DNA from: Candidatus Gastranaerophilales bacterium
GTDB taxonomy: Bacteria; Cyanobacteriota; Vampirovibrionia; Gastranaerophilales; Gastranaerophilaceae
Length of the DNA stretch: 64,000 bases
Direction: 5' to 3'
NCBI GenBank assembly: GCA_944322885.1
Contig: CALUQH010000017.1
Span: forward strand, 6,787 to 70,786
The position numbers and the translations under genes were made by a program. The notes beneath the pieces were generated by a model. The model was given only the letters and a program-made list of their open reading frames with translations. It was not told the DNA's origin and did not search any database. Of this stretch, positions 46,395-56,238 are shown piece by piece (position 1 is the first letter of the stretch; every line of letters starts with the position of its first letter).

Positions 46395-47052
46395 CAATAT
46401 AAGCAATTTTATTTTTGATTTAGACGGAACTATTATAAATTCGTCTGATGAAGTATTACGTTGTTTTGAAAAGGCTTTTAAATCAGCTGATTACCCGATA
46501 AACGTAAAAAATTTGAATTCTGATATTATAGGACCGCCTTTAAAAGAGATTATAAAACTTATAGCACCGGAGTTAACAAATGAATCAATTATTGAAAACG
46601 TAATGTCAAATTTCAGAAAGATTTATGATTATGATGAAGATGATATAAGCTACATTTATCCGGGGATTTATGACTTGTTAAAACGTTTATCATCATCAGG
46701 AAATAAATTGTTTATTGCAACTTTTAAACCGAACATTCCTACAATGCGAATTGTAAAACAGTTTAAATTAGATATGTTCGAGGATGTATACACAATTGAT
46801 AAATCCGGAAAATCTGTTTCAAAAACTGAAATGATAACTGATATTTTATTGAGATACAATTTGAATAAAAATGAAACCGTAATGATAGGAGATGCTTTGA
46901 GTGATATTAATGCAGCGAAGCAAGCGGGAGTATATTCTGTGGCTGTTCTCTGGGGCTATGGAAATGATAAAACAGCGTTAAAATCTAATGCTGATATTTG
47001 TATTAACTTGGATGATTTGGACAAAATTAAAAATTTACAAGGAATAATGTGA
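46387..47052 (+). CDS. HAD-family phosphatase
   Basis: FDLDGT, ATFK, MIGDALSD. Confidence 0.88.
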   Translation: MLNNISNFIFDLDGTIINSSDEVLRCFEKAFKSADYPINVKNLNSDIIGPPLKEIIKLIAPELTNESIIENVMSNFRKIYDYDEDDISYIYPGIYDLLKRLSSSGNKLFIATFKPNIPTMRIVKQFKLDMFEDVYTIDKSGKSVSKTEMITDILLRYNLNKNETVMIGDALSDINAAKQAGVYSVAVLWGYGNDKTALKSNADICINLDDLDKIKNLQGIM

Positions 47053-47054
47053 TT

Positions 47055-48830
47055 ATGGCAAAAATTAAACTTTCCGATTATATAGCAAAACGATTAAAAG
47101 AGCATGGTGTGGAACATTTCTTTATGGTATCGGGCGGCGGTGCTATGCACCTTAATGACAGTTTAGGACGCGTTTTGTCCTATACTGCAAATCATCATGA
47201 ACAAGGCTGTGCAATTGCTGCTGAAGGCTATGCCAGAGTTAATCAAAGACTTGCTGTTGTTAATGTAACAACAGGTCCCGGGGGATTAAATTGCTTAAAC
47301 GGAGTTTTCGGACAATGGACAGACTCTGTGCCTGTTTTATATATTTCGGGACAGGTAAAATATTCAACAACACTGGCTTCTTGTAAAGAAATTCCTTTAA
47401 GACAATTAGGGGATCAGGAAGTTGATATTATAAGCGTTGTAAAACCGCTTGTCAAATATGCCAAAATGGTTACGGAACCGAATGAAATAAAATATCATAT
47501 TGATAGAGCGATTTATGAAGCTACCCATGGCAGAAAAGGTCCGGTATGGCTTGATATACCTATGAATGTTCAAGCAGCTTTAATTGATGAAAATGACTTA
47601 ATTGAATATGAGCAGCCTAAGCCTGATAACTATGATTTGAAGATAGAGGATGTTATAAATAAATTAACTTCGGCTAAAAGACCTCTTATCGTTGCAGGGT
47701 ATGGTATAAGACTTTCAAAACAAGAAAACACATTTTTAAAATTGTTAGAAAAAGCAGATATTCCCGTTGTGACAACTTTTAACGGTATGGATTTATTGCC
47801 GTCAGGTCATAAGAATTTTTGCGGACGAATCGGTACTGTGGGGCAGAGAGCAGGGAATTTTACTTTGCAAAACGCTGATGTAATTTTGTTTTTAGGGACA
47901 AGGAATAATATAAGGCAGGTTAGTTATAACTGGGAAAATTTTGCAAAAAATGCCTATAAAATTGTAGTAGATATTGACAGGGCTGAGTTAGATAAACCGA
48001 CTGTTGAGCCTGATTTAAAAATTAATGCGGATTTAAACGAATTTTTACCTGCTTTAGAAAAAGAATTCCCTGTATTAAATGTGGAAGAGTGGTTAAATTT
48101 CTCCAAAAATCTCTTACAAAAGTATTCATTTGAAAATACTGCAGAATATCATTCTAATTCCGATATTATCAATGTTTATGACTTTGTACATAAATTAACT
48201 GATGCTATGTCTGAAAATGATATTATGATTGCCGGTAACGGTTCGGCTTGTGTTTGTTCACATCAGACAGCAATCGTAAAAGAAAATCAGAGGATTTTTT
48301 GGAATTCGGGTGATGCTTCTATGGGTTATGACCTGCCTGCGGCTCTTGGAGCTTGTTATGAAGCGAATGGACGGAATGTTGTTTGTCTTACGGGTGATGG
48401 CTCAATAATGATGAATATTCAGGAATTACAAACAATCAAATTTAATAAACTGCCGATAAAAATATTTGTTATAAATAATTCGGGATATTCTTCAATAAGG
48501 CAGACTCAAAGGAATTTCTTTAACGGACATATGACAGGTTCGGGAGTCGACAGCGGCGTAAGTGTTCCTGATTTTTGTAAATTAGCAGAAGGCTTTGGGA
48601 TTAAATCGGTTAAACTTTCTGATCCTATTTCCTTGAAAGAGGATATTAAAAAAGTTTTATCCTTTAACGAGCCTGTTATTTGTGAAGTCGTCACAGAAAA
48701 AGAATATGCCTTTTCTCCGAAATTATCCGCAAGAAAGTTGGACGACGGTACAATGATTTCGCCGTCACTTGAGGACATGTTTCCGTTTTTAGACAGAAAC
48801 GAGTATCAGGAAAATATGATATTTGAATAA
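47055..48830 (+). CDS. ThDP-dependent acetolactate-synthase-like enzyme (YerE-like by context)
   Basis: HHEQGCAIAAEGYAR, TTGPG, MGYDLPAA, GDGSIMMNIQEL, INNSGY. Confidence 0.85.
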   Translation: MAKIKLSDYIAKRLKEHGVEHFFMVSGGGAMHLNDSLGRVLSYTANHHEQGCAIAAEGYARVNQRLAVVNVTTGPGGLNCLNGVFGQWTDSVPVLYISGQVKYSTTLASCKEIPLRQLGDQEVDIISVVKPLVKYAKMVTEPNEIKYHIDRAIYEATHGRKGPVWLDIPMNVQAALIDENDLIEYEQPKPDNYDLKIEDVINKLTSAKRPLIVAGYGIRLSKQENTFLKLLEKADIPVVTTFNGMDLLPSGHKNFCGRIGTVGQRAGNFTLQNADVILFLGTRNNIRQVSYNWENFAKNAYKIVVDIDRAELDKPTVEPDLKINADLNEFLPALEKEFPVLNVEEWLNFSKNLLQKYSFENTAEYHSNSDIINVYDFVHKLTDAMSENDIMIAGNGSACVCSHQTAIVKENQRIFWNSGDASMGYDLPAALGACYEANGRNVVCLTGDGSIMMNIQELQTIKFNKLPIKIFVINNSGYSSIRQTQRNFFNGHMTGSGVDSGVSVPDFCKLAEGFGIKSVKLSDPISLKEDIKKVLSFNEPVICEVVTEKEYAFSPKLSARKLDDGTMISPSLEDMFPFLDRNEYQENMIFE

Positions 48831-48846
48831 TTTACCAATAGAATTA

Positions 48847-49836
48847 TTATATGGTTTTTTTTCTATATTTAAAAGAAAATAATCCGCAAAGTAAATTTAT
48901 TTTTCTATTGTATTCATCAATTTTTATCTTTTTATACAAATATATTTTTCTCTTAATATATTTGAGTAATATTATGTATCGTGGAAATCCTTTTATTTGT
49001 GTTAAGATATCAAACAATAAATTTATATCATATTGATACCATGATGCAATATCACTATAAAATTTATTCAGACTTCCATGTATTAATTTTGCATTTGTAA
49101 TCAATGTTTTCTGTTTCAATTTATCATCTTTCATATATGACATAATTTCACAGAACCCAAGCATCCACTGCATTTTTCTGCTTCTGTTGCATACTTCTGA
49201 ATTTTTAAGACCTCTGGTATATGAACAATCAGTTTTTAATTCCATACCGTTTTCAACAATGGCTTTTTGTATTACATAAATTTTACCGCCATTGTTTAAA
49301 AAATTTATAACGGGTATTAAATGTGGAAACAGAGTATATATATTGTCAACAACATTTCTCATAACCGCATCATTAAATTCTGATGTGTTGAATATAATTG
49401 CCGGTATAAATGTTAGTTGACCAATTTGGCATTCTACCATTGTATCTGTTTTTTCTTCGTATGCATATCTTGAAATACAAATAATTTTTTCATTATTATT
49501 AACGGCTTTTTCCACTTCCGTCCAATTAGAAAAATCATATTTATCATCATCTGCTATTATCCAGAGATACTGACGATTCGCAATTTCCATTGCTTTGGCA
49601 ATATTGCCGGAAAGCCCGATATTGTATTTATTTTTTTGATATTTTAAGTTGGGATACTTTTTTTGCCATTCTTCAACAACATTTTTGGTTTTATCTGTTG
49701 AATTATTATCTAGAACAAGTATATTATAATCTTTTACAGGAGATTTTTCGTCTAAAATTTGCTTAAATGTATTTTCAACGTGTTCTGCTCTGTTGTATGT
49801 TATTAGTATTATTTGTAATTTCTCTTTTATTGACAT
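48847..49836 (-). CDS. Glycosyltransferase family 2
   Basis: ILITYNR, LDNNSTD, WIIADDD; ATG 49836. Confidence 0.88.
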   Translation of the reverse strand: MSIKEKLQIILITYNRAEHVENTFKQILDEKSPVKDYNILVLDNNSTDKTKNVVEEWQKKYPNLKYQKNKYNIGLSGNIAKAMEIANRQYLWIIADDDKYDFSNWTEVEKAVNNNEKIICISRYAYEEKTDTMVECQIGQLTFIPAIIFNTSEFNDAVMRNVVDNIYTLFPHLIPVINFLNNGGKIYVIQKAIVENGMELKTDCSYTRGLKNSEVCNRSRKMQWMLGFCEIMSYMKDDKLKQKTLITNAKLIHGSLNKFYSDIASWYQYDINLLFDILTQIKGFPRYIILLKYIKRKIYLYKKIKIDEYNRKINLLCGLFSFKYRKKTI

Positions 49837-50858
49837 ATATTTTCCTTTCTTAACACCCACTCAAGCATTTTTCTTATACCATCTTCTTTAGAGACTTTAG
49901 GAGTCCAGCCAAAAGTTTTTTGGGCTTTTGTTATATCTGCGACAAATACTTTCTGATCACTTTCTCTTGGCGGTAGTTTTGTATAGTTCATTTTTATATA
50001 TAATTCATTTTCAAGAAATGTAAAAAGCTCTAAAAGAGAAAGGCTGTTTTCAATTCCGCCGCCGATATTAAATACTTGTCCTTTAGCTGTATCTATGTGC
50101 TCAGGTGCAGACAAATAAAGTTTAATCATATCTTCCGCGTGTAATACGTCCCTTACCTGCTTGCCATTACCTGAAATTGTAAATAATGTTGTTTTATCAT
50201 TTTTAGTTTCAACCGCTTTCTGGCAGAACCAGCTAATCCAGCCCTGATCATAGGTGCCGAACTGCCTTGCTCCATACATTGATGAATGTCTGAATACTAT
50301 TGTTTTTAACCCGAATATTCTTGCCCAATCAAGCATATATTGATCTGCTGCACCTTTTGAACACCCGTATGGTGAGTGAAAATCGAGGTGAACGCTTTCA
50401 TCAAAGCCTTCAGGGAACTGTTTACAAATATATCTTGTTGGCGTTTCTTCATAATCAAGATATTCAAAATCTCCGTAAACTTTATTAGTAGAAGAATAAA
50501 CAACGACAGATTGTGGTGAAAATTGTCTTACTGCCTCTAATACATTGAAACTTCCAAGTACATTGGTTTCAAAATCTAACCGCGGGTTTTGAATAGATGT
50601 GGTCATTGCAACCTGTCCGGCAAGATGATATATTATATCCGGTTTGTAATTTTTTATTACGTTCGAAATTTTTTCAAAATCATTTGTATTTTCTTTTACA
50701 AACTCAAAATTTCCAATTGATTTAAGCCATTTTAAATTTTCATCGCCGCCAATGCGTGAAAGATTGTCATATATCAATAATTGATTATTTTGTTTTAAAA
50801 TTTCGGATGCAATATTCGAACCAAGAAAACCGCAGCCGCCGGTAATTAGATATTTCAT
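49827..50858 (-). CDS. rfbE: CDP-paratose 2-epimerase (CDP-tyvelose epimerase)
   Basis: [64 protein letters not shown]. Confidence 0.88.
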   Translation of the reverse strand: MKYLITGGCGFLGSNIASEILKQNNQLLIYDNLSRIGGDENLKWLKSIGNFEFVKENTNDFEKISNVIKNYKPDIIYHLAGQVAMTTSIQNPRLDFETNVLGSFNVLEAVRQFSPQSVVVYSSTNKVYGDFEYLDYEETPTRYICKQFPEGFDESVHLDFHSPYGCSKGAADQYMLDWARIFGLKTIVFRHSSMYGARQFGTYDQGWISWFCQKAVETKNDKTTLFTISGNGKQVRDVLHAEDMIKLYLSAPEHIDTAKGQVFNIGGGIENSLSLLELFTFLENELYIKMNYTKLPPRESDQKVFVADITKAQKTFGWTPKVSKEDGIRKMLEWVLRKENICQ

Positions 50859-51733
50859 TTGTTCAGCCTTTCAATTTCAACAATTTTTTTCAAACCTTCC
50901 TGTACAGGAACAAGCGGTTTCCACCCTAACAGGCGTAAACCGCTTGTATTAACTTCATAGCTTAATACTTCATTTTTTCTGTATGGTACTGCACCAAAAT
51001 TAAGGACAGTTGTTGTGTTGTTTAGTAGATTTTTAATTAAAATAACGATGTCTTTAATTTTGGTGCGCGCGCCGGTACCTACTTCAAATGTGTTAGTTTT
51101 ACCTAATAATATTTTTTCATAATTTTCGACAATACATTTATATGCGGAAAGCACGTCATCTATATAAATAAAATCTCTTGTTTGTGAACCTTCTGTTAAA
51201 TCTATTTTTTCAACATTATTTTTTAACTGTTCAATTATCCAGGCAATAAATTTATTAGGTTTATCATTTGGTCCGTAAAAATGATCAAGTTTTAAATTGA
51301 CACATTTAATGTTGTCACAATATAAAGAAAGCCAATCCGCAAAATGACTTTTGGTCATGGCATAAGGATTGATATTTTTGACGAGTATAGTACCGGTATT
51401 TATAAACATTTTTACATCATGTTTTACGGCCTCATCAAGAACACTGCATGGAAATTCAACATTAGCTTTAATCATATCTGTTATATTTTCCTTGTTTCTG
51501 CCGTAAACAGTAGCTGTATGAATGACAATATCAATTTTATTTTCATCAAATATCTGTCGAATAGGAGTTTTATCAAGATAATATATTTTTGCATTTTTCT
51601 CATTTTCATACGCAAATTGTTCCATTTGATTCAATGCAAGAGCAATAATTTTGTACCCGTATTCAAGAAACATTTTGCTTAATCTTGTACCTAAATAACC
51701 TGTTGCTCCCGTAATTAATATTGTTTGATTCAA
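50855..51733 (-). CDS. CDP-4-keto-3,6-dideoxyglucose 4-reductase (paratose/abequose synthase-like)
   Basis: [41 protein letters not shown]; upstream of rfbE; TTG start. Confidence 0.7.
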   Translation of the reverse strand: MNQTILITGATGYLGTRLSKMFLEYGYKIIALALNQMEQFAYENEKNAKIYYLDKTPIRQIFDENKIDIVIHTATVYGRNKENITDMIKANVEFPCSVLDEAVKHDVKMFINTGTILVKNINPYAMTKSHFADWLSLYCDNIKCVNLKLDHFYGPNDKPNKFIAWIIEQLKNNVEKIDLTEGSQTRDFIYIDDVLSAYKCIVENYEKILLGKTNTFEVGTGARTKIKDIVILIKNLLNNTTTVLNFGAVPYRKNEVLSYEVNTSGLRLLGWKPLVPVQEGLKKIVEIERLNK

Positions 51734-51866
51734 AATGAAACTTCCTATTTTGTTTTTTCCCCTGAAATCCTTATGTTTTTATTTAATACCATGGACAGTT
51801 CCATTTTTCAAGAAAAATATAAGTGTAATGTTTGTTATCCTGTGTATATAGCGGGCAGTTATAAAT

Positions 51867-53012
51867 CTATCCGAGTTTTCTTTTAAATGTCCTTCCGGCA
51901 AGGGTTAAAGTTATTAGGGCAATTATAATCAGCGGGATTAGATTTATGAAAACATCTGCAAACCCCATTCCTTTTAAAAATATTCCGCGGGTTAAAACCA
52001 TAAAAAATCTAACAGGATTAAGCCAAGTCAAATATTGCAGAGCAACCGGCATATCCTCTATCGGAGAAATAAATCCGGACAAAAGCACCGCAGGCATCAT
52101 AAATGTCATTGCGGATAAAATTGCCTGCTGCTGGGTGTTGCAGATTGCAGAAAAATAAAGTCCGACGCCGACTATCGCAAGCAGAGAAATAAAAATTGAA
52201 ATCATAAACAAAAGGAATGAGCCGGCAAACGGGATATGGAAAAATATAATTACAATTCCGGTCATAATCATAGTTAATGCCATTGCAATAATAAGAGGCG
52301 GGATTGATTTGCCCAGCAGAATTTCAAAAGAGGAAAGAGGGCTTACGATAAGCTGGTCAAAAGTTCCGAGTTCTCTTTCGCGCGCTATTGACAAAGATGT
52401 TAAAATTAAAGTCGTGACAAGCGAGAGCATTGCAACAATTACTGTTAAAATATACCATTTATATTCAAGGTTTGGATTAAACCAGTTACGGACAGATATA
52501 TTTATATTTGCACCGCTCATAACTCCCTCGCCCCGTGCGGGAGGTTTTGTTGATGAAGAAACTTCCGCCCCGTAGCCTGTAATTATTTGTGATGCATAAC
52601 CTGAGGCAATAGATGCCGAATTGGTTTGCCTGCCGTCTGAAATTACCTGAACAGTTGCTGTTTCCCCTGATTTGATATTTCGTGAAAAATCATTATTTAT
52701 CATTAATCCAATCTGGACTTTTTGTGTATCAAGTTTCTTTTTAAAATCCGCTTCATTATCCACATAGTAAAAATTTCTGAATCTCGGCGAATTTTCAAAC
52801 CTTGATAATAATTCTCTTGATTCGACACTTTGAGAACGGTCAAAAACAGCTGTATCAATATTTTGCACTTCCATTGTCGCAGCGTTTGAAAAAATCAAGA
52901 GCTGCACTATCGGAAGCCCGATAATTATCCCTTTTGTTTTCGGGTCATTCCAGATTGTTATAAATTCTTTTTTCATCAGCGCAAGAACTCTGCGGAAAAA
53001 ATCTCTTAACAT
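51867..53012 (-). CDS. ABC-2 permease (YbhR-like)
   Basis: ARERELGTFDQLIVSP, LSGFISPIEDMP; carries a partial palindrome insert (KPPARGEG). Confidence 0.9.
   Translation of the reverse strand: MLRDFFRRVLALMKKEFITIWNDPKTKGIIIGLPIVQLLIFSNAATMEVQNIDTAVFDRSQSVESRELLSRFENSPRFRNFYYVDNEADFKKKLDTQKVQIGLMINNDFSRNIKSGETATVQVISDGRQTNSASIASGYASQIITGYGAEVSSSTKPPARGEGVMSGANINISVRNWFNPNLEYKWYILTVIVAMLSLVTTLILTSLSIARERELGTFDQLIVSPLSSFEILLGKSIPPLIIAMALTMIMTGIVIIFFHIPFAGSFLLFMISIFISLLAIVGVGLYFSAICNTQQQAILSAMTFMMPAVLLSGFISPIEDMPVALQYLTWLNPVRFFMVLTRGIFLKGMGFADVFINLIPLIIIALITLTLAGRTFKRKLG
52524..52544. repeat. Palindromic element, partial copy, in-frame in a permease
   Basis: TCCCTCGCCCCGTGCGGGAGG. Confidence 0.8.
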
Positions 53013-53025
53013 TTTATTATCTCCA

Positions 53026-54189
53026 TTATGGTTTTTCCTCGCCTCGTGCGGGTGAGGGTGCCCGAAGGGCGGGTGAGGGGTATTTTTCCAGCCTCATAGA
53101 AGTATTTTTATAAACAGCGGCAAATAAAATCAAACCGAGTATCGTCAAATATATTGCATTGGCAGTAACAATTTCGGGTACTGTTCCCGCCATAAACTCG
53201 CTTTCTATAAACGAAACATAATATCTTGGCGGTAAAATTCTTGTCAGATGCTGGAAAAATACCGGCATGGAATTTATCGGGAACATTAAGCCTGAAAGCA
53301 TTAGAGCCGGCATAAATCCTACACTCATGGCAACCATGCTGGCTAAGAATTGATTTTTCAATACTGATGAAACATTTAACCCTATTCCAAGTGATGTAAA
53401 GAGGAATAAACTGCTTACCAGCAGCAAGACAAAATAATTCCCCCTGAATGGTATTTGAAAAATAACAATGCAGAGAAAAATATTAAATGTGAGCGACAAC
53501 ATTCCTAAAATGAAATACGGAATATATTTGCCTAAGACTATATGAATTGTTTTTACTGAGGTTGAAAGCATGGCTTCCATAGTTCCTCGCTCCCATTCGC
53601 GTGCAACAACAAGCGAGGTTAATAAAATTCCGATTAGAGTCATTGTGATTGCGATTGATCCGGGAACAATAAAATAATGACTGTTTAAATCGGGATTGTA
53701 CCATGTTCGGACTTCGGTATTTATTGCAGGTTGTTTTGCGGAATTTGCATATTTGCTCGTTGCAAGCCAGTTGTTTGCAATTGCAAGAGCATAACTTTGA
53801 ACATAATTTGCCGTATTAACTTCCGAACCGTCTGTGATTACCAGTAAATCGGCATTTTGTCCTCTTGCGAGTTTTGTTGAAAAGTCGTTAGGGATTATAA
53901 CTGCTCCTTTAATTTTTGAACGGGCAATCGCGGTTTCAATATCTTTTACATTATCAAAATATATTGAATTAACGTATTTGCTGTGTCCGAAAGATTTGAC
54001 AAGCGTCGCAACTTCAGGCGTCGGGTCATCATTTTTAATCCCCATCGTAACTCTGACAGAATCCAGATTTATCCCGTACATATAAATCAGGATAGAAATT
54101 AAGGGCAGTACAAATGCGATTATTATACTGCTCGGATCGCGGAGAATTTGTTTAATTTCTTTTTTTATAAGCGCAAGAAGTATTTTCAT
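53026..54189 (-). CDS. ABC-2 permease (YbhS-like)
   Basis: RDPSSIIIAFVLP, AREWERGTMEAMLST; C-terminal PSPALRAPSPARGE comes from the element. Confidence 0.9.
   Translation of the reverse strand: MKILLALIKKEIKQILRDPSSIIIAFVLPLISILIYMYGINLDSVRVTMGIKNDDPTPEVATLVKSFGHSKYVNSIYFDNVKDIETAIARSKIKGAVIIPNDFSTKLARGQNADLLVITDGSEVNTANYVQSYALAIANNWLATSKYANSAKQPAINTEVRTWYNPDLNSHYFIVPGSIAITMTLIGILLTSLVVAREWERGTMEAMLSTSVKTIHIVLGKYIPYFILGMLSLTFNIFLCIVIFQIPFRGNYFVLLLVSSLFLFTSLGIGLNVSSVLKNQFLASMVAMSVGFMPALMLSGLMFPINSMPVFFQHLTRILPPRYYVSFIESEFMAGTVPEIVTANAIYLTILGLILFAAVYKNTSMRLEKYPSPALRAPSPARGEEKP
53037..53080. repeat. Palindromic element, full copy in the permease 3' end
   Basis: Minus strand CCCCTCACCC-GCCCTTCGGGCA-CCCTCACCCGCAC-GAGGCGAGG. 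Confidence 0.9.
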
Positions 54190-55760
54190 TCTTTTTCACT
54201 CTCCTTTATAAGCGTTATAAAAGTTTCTTCCATTGTTTTTGCGCGGGCTTTGTCCTTTAATTCCTGCGGAGTTCCGAGAGCGATTGTTTCCCCGTGATAG
54301 AAAAGACTTATTCTGTCGCAGTACTCTGCCTCGTCCATAAAGTGGGTTGTTACAAGTATTGTTACTCCCTTTTTGGCAAGGGATGTAATATGGTTCCAAA
54401 AATCGCGCCGTGTCAGAACATCAACGCCGGATGTCGGCTCATCAAGAAACAATACGGGCGGATTATGGATTAGAGCGCATGCCATTGAAAGACGCTGTTT
54501 TAAACCCAGCGGTAACTCTTCGCTTTTTTGGTCTGCATACTCTTTTAAACCAAAAACTTCAATAATTTCCTGAACTTTAGATGCTCTGTTTTTAAATTTT
54601 ATGCCGTAAGCTGATGCAAAAAATTCAAGATTTTCTCTGACGGTAAGGCTTCCGTAAAGCGAGAATTTTTGCGCCATATAGCCTAAATTTGAGCGTGCTT
54701 TTTCTGGATCTTTTGTAATATCAATTCCCATAATTCTTGCTGTTCCGTTTGTCGGTTTGGCAAGCCCGCACATCATCTTGAAGGAAGTTGATTTTCCAGC
54801 CCCGTTAGGTCCGAGAAGTCCGAAGATTTCTCCTTTTTGTATGCAAAATGAGTTGTTTTTTACAGCATAAAAATTTCCGTATTTTTTTTCAAGATTATCT
54901 GCCTCAACGGTATAAAATTCGGATTGTCCCCTCACCCGGCACTTTGTGCCACCCTCTCCCGCATGGGGCGAGGGTAAAATGTCTGTATATTCGTAATTTT
55001 TAGCAATCAAAGACTCTTCCTGCTTATATCCGCCCATAAGATCAATTACTTTATCTTCAAATTCTTGTGCCGTTGCCCCCAAATCATGCGGTTTACCCTC
55101 ATAAATTACTCTTCCTTTGTCTATAACAACTGCGGTATCAAAACTGTGGGCTTCATCCAGATACGCTGTTGACCATAAAACTGTTGTTTCGGGGTTTATC
55201 ATTTCACGCACCATTTGCATTAAATCTTTGCGTGAAATCGGGTCAACCCCGACAGACGGTTCGTCGAGAAGCAGAAATTCGGGATTGCCGAGAAGAGTAC
55301 AGGCTAATCCGAGTTTCTGTTTCATTCCGTCCGACAATGCACCTGCAAGTCTGTCTTGAAACGGCGCAAGTTTTGTAAATTCAAGCATTTTATTAAGTAT
55401 TGACCCCTCACCCTTAATCCCTCTCCCGCAAGGGGCGAGGGAAATTCCTTTTAAATCCGCATAAAGTGTCAAGTTTTCAATAACCGTTAAGTCTTCATAA
55501 AGCCCGAACTTTTGAGGCATATAACCGATAAGCGGTGTTAATTCGTCTTTTTGGGTTACAGGATTAAATCCGAGTGTTAAAATTTCTCCTTTATCGGGAA
55601 CTAATAGTCCGATAATTGTCCGTAAGAGCGTGGTTTTTCCCGCTCCGTCAGCGCCCATTAACCCTGTGATTTTACCTTTTTCAATATTCAGAGAAAGGTT
55701 ATCAAGAGCTGTTATTTTCCCGAAAGTTTTTGTTAAGTTTTTAATTTCTACGGTGTTCAT
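54186..55760 (-). CDS. Dual-domain ABC ATP-binding protein (YbhF-like)
   Basis: GADGAGKT/LLLDEP and GPNGAGKS/LFLDEP; two in-frame element inserts; first signature reads LSDGM. Confidence 0.92.
   Translation of the reverse strand: MNTVEIKNLTKTFGKITALDNLSLNIEKGKITGLMGADGAGKTTLLRTIIGLLVPDKGEILTLGFNPVTQKDELTPLIGYMPQKFGLYEDLTVIENLTLYADLKGISLAPCGRGIKGEGSILNKMLEFTKLAPFQDRLAGALSDGMKQKLGLACTLLGNPEFLLLDEPSVGVDPISRKDLMQMVREMINPETTVLWSTAYLDEAHSFDTAVVIDKGRVIYEGKPHDLGATAQEFEDKVIDLMGGYKQEESLIAKNYEYTDILPSPHAGEGGTKCRVRGQSEFYTVEADNLEKKYGNFYAVKNNSFCIQKGEIFGLLGPNGAGKSTSFKMMCGLAKPTNGTARIMGIDITKDPEKARSNLGYMAQKFSLYGSLTVRENLEFFASAYGIKFKNRASKVQEIIEVFGLKEYADQKSEELPLGLKQRLSMACALIHNPPVLFLDEPTSGVDVLTRRDFWNHITSLAKKGVTILVTTHFMDEAEYCDRISLFYHGETIALGTPQELKDKARAKTMEETFITLIKESEKE
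54928..54975. repeat. Palindromic element, full copy in-frame in the ABC ATPase linker
   Basis: CCCCTCACCC-GGCACTTTGTGCCA-CCCTCTCCCGCAT-GGGGCGAGGG. Confidence 0.93.
55404..55442. repeat. Palindromic element, full copy in-frame in ABC domain 1
   Basis: CCCCTCACCC-TTAAT-CCCTCTCCCGCAA-GGGGCGAGGGA. Confidence 0.93.
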
Positions 55761-55766
55761 TGTTTA

Positions 55767-56177
55767 TTACCCCTCACCCGACACTTCGTGCCACCCTCTC
55801 CCGCAAAGGGGCGAGGGTGAAGCTATTTCCTTTATTAAAAACTCATAGCAGCCTTCTATATTGTCGTCAATTTCATTATTCCAAAACCTAATTACTTTAA
55901 AATTTTGTTTTTCAATATAAAAAGTTCTTTGTATATCTGAAAAAGAACCATTATGATGTCCGCCGTCGATTTCTATAATAAGTCGTTTTTCCAGACAAAC
56001 AAAATCAGCAATATACTTATTATCTATTGGAAATTGTCTGCGGAATTTTACTCCAAGTTTAGAGTTTCGTATTATCTGCCACAATTTACGTTCTTGCATT
56101 GTTTGTTCTTGACGCATTTGTCTTGCAAATTCTTTTATATATTGTGCATAATATCTGTGTTTTTTATTAGTTACCAT
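55767..56177 (-). CDS. DUF559 (Vsr/PD-(D/E)XK-like) endonuclease
   Basis: ARQMR..T.QERKLW, KFRRQFPI..YIADFVCLEKRLIIEIDGGHH, VIRFWNNEI; last residues (PSPLCGRGWHEVSGEG) encoded by the element. Confidence 0.9.
   Translation of the reverse strand: MVTNKKHRYYAQYIKEFARQMRQEQTMQERKLWQIIRNSKLGVKFRRQFPIDNKYIADFVCLEKRLIIEIDGGHHNGSFSDIQRTFYIEKQNFKVIRFWNNEIDDNIEGCYEFLIKEIASPSPLCGRGWHEVSGEG
55770..55817. repeat. Palindromic element at the 3' flank of the DUF559 gene
   Basis: CCCCTCACCC-GACACTTCGTGCCA-CCCTCTCCCGCAAA-GGGGCGAGGG. Confidence 0.93.
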
Positions 56178-56198
56178 TGAGTCCTCTTTATTTTTATT

Positions 56199-56238
56199 CC
56201 CTCGCCCCCTTTGCGGGAGAGGGATTAAGGGTGAGGGG
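56199..56238. repeat. Palindromic element at the 5' flank of the DUF559 gene, inverted relative to 55770
   Basis: CCCTCGCCCCC-TTTGCGGGAGAGGG-ATTAA-GGGTGAGGGG; supplies the stop codon of the HlyD gene. Confidence 0.93.
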
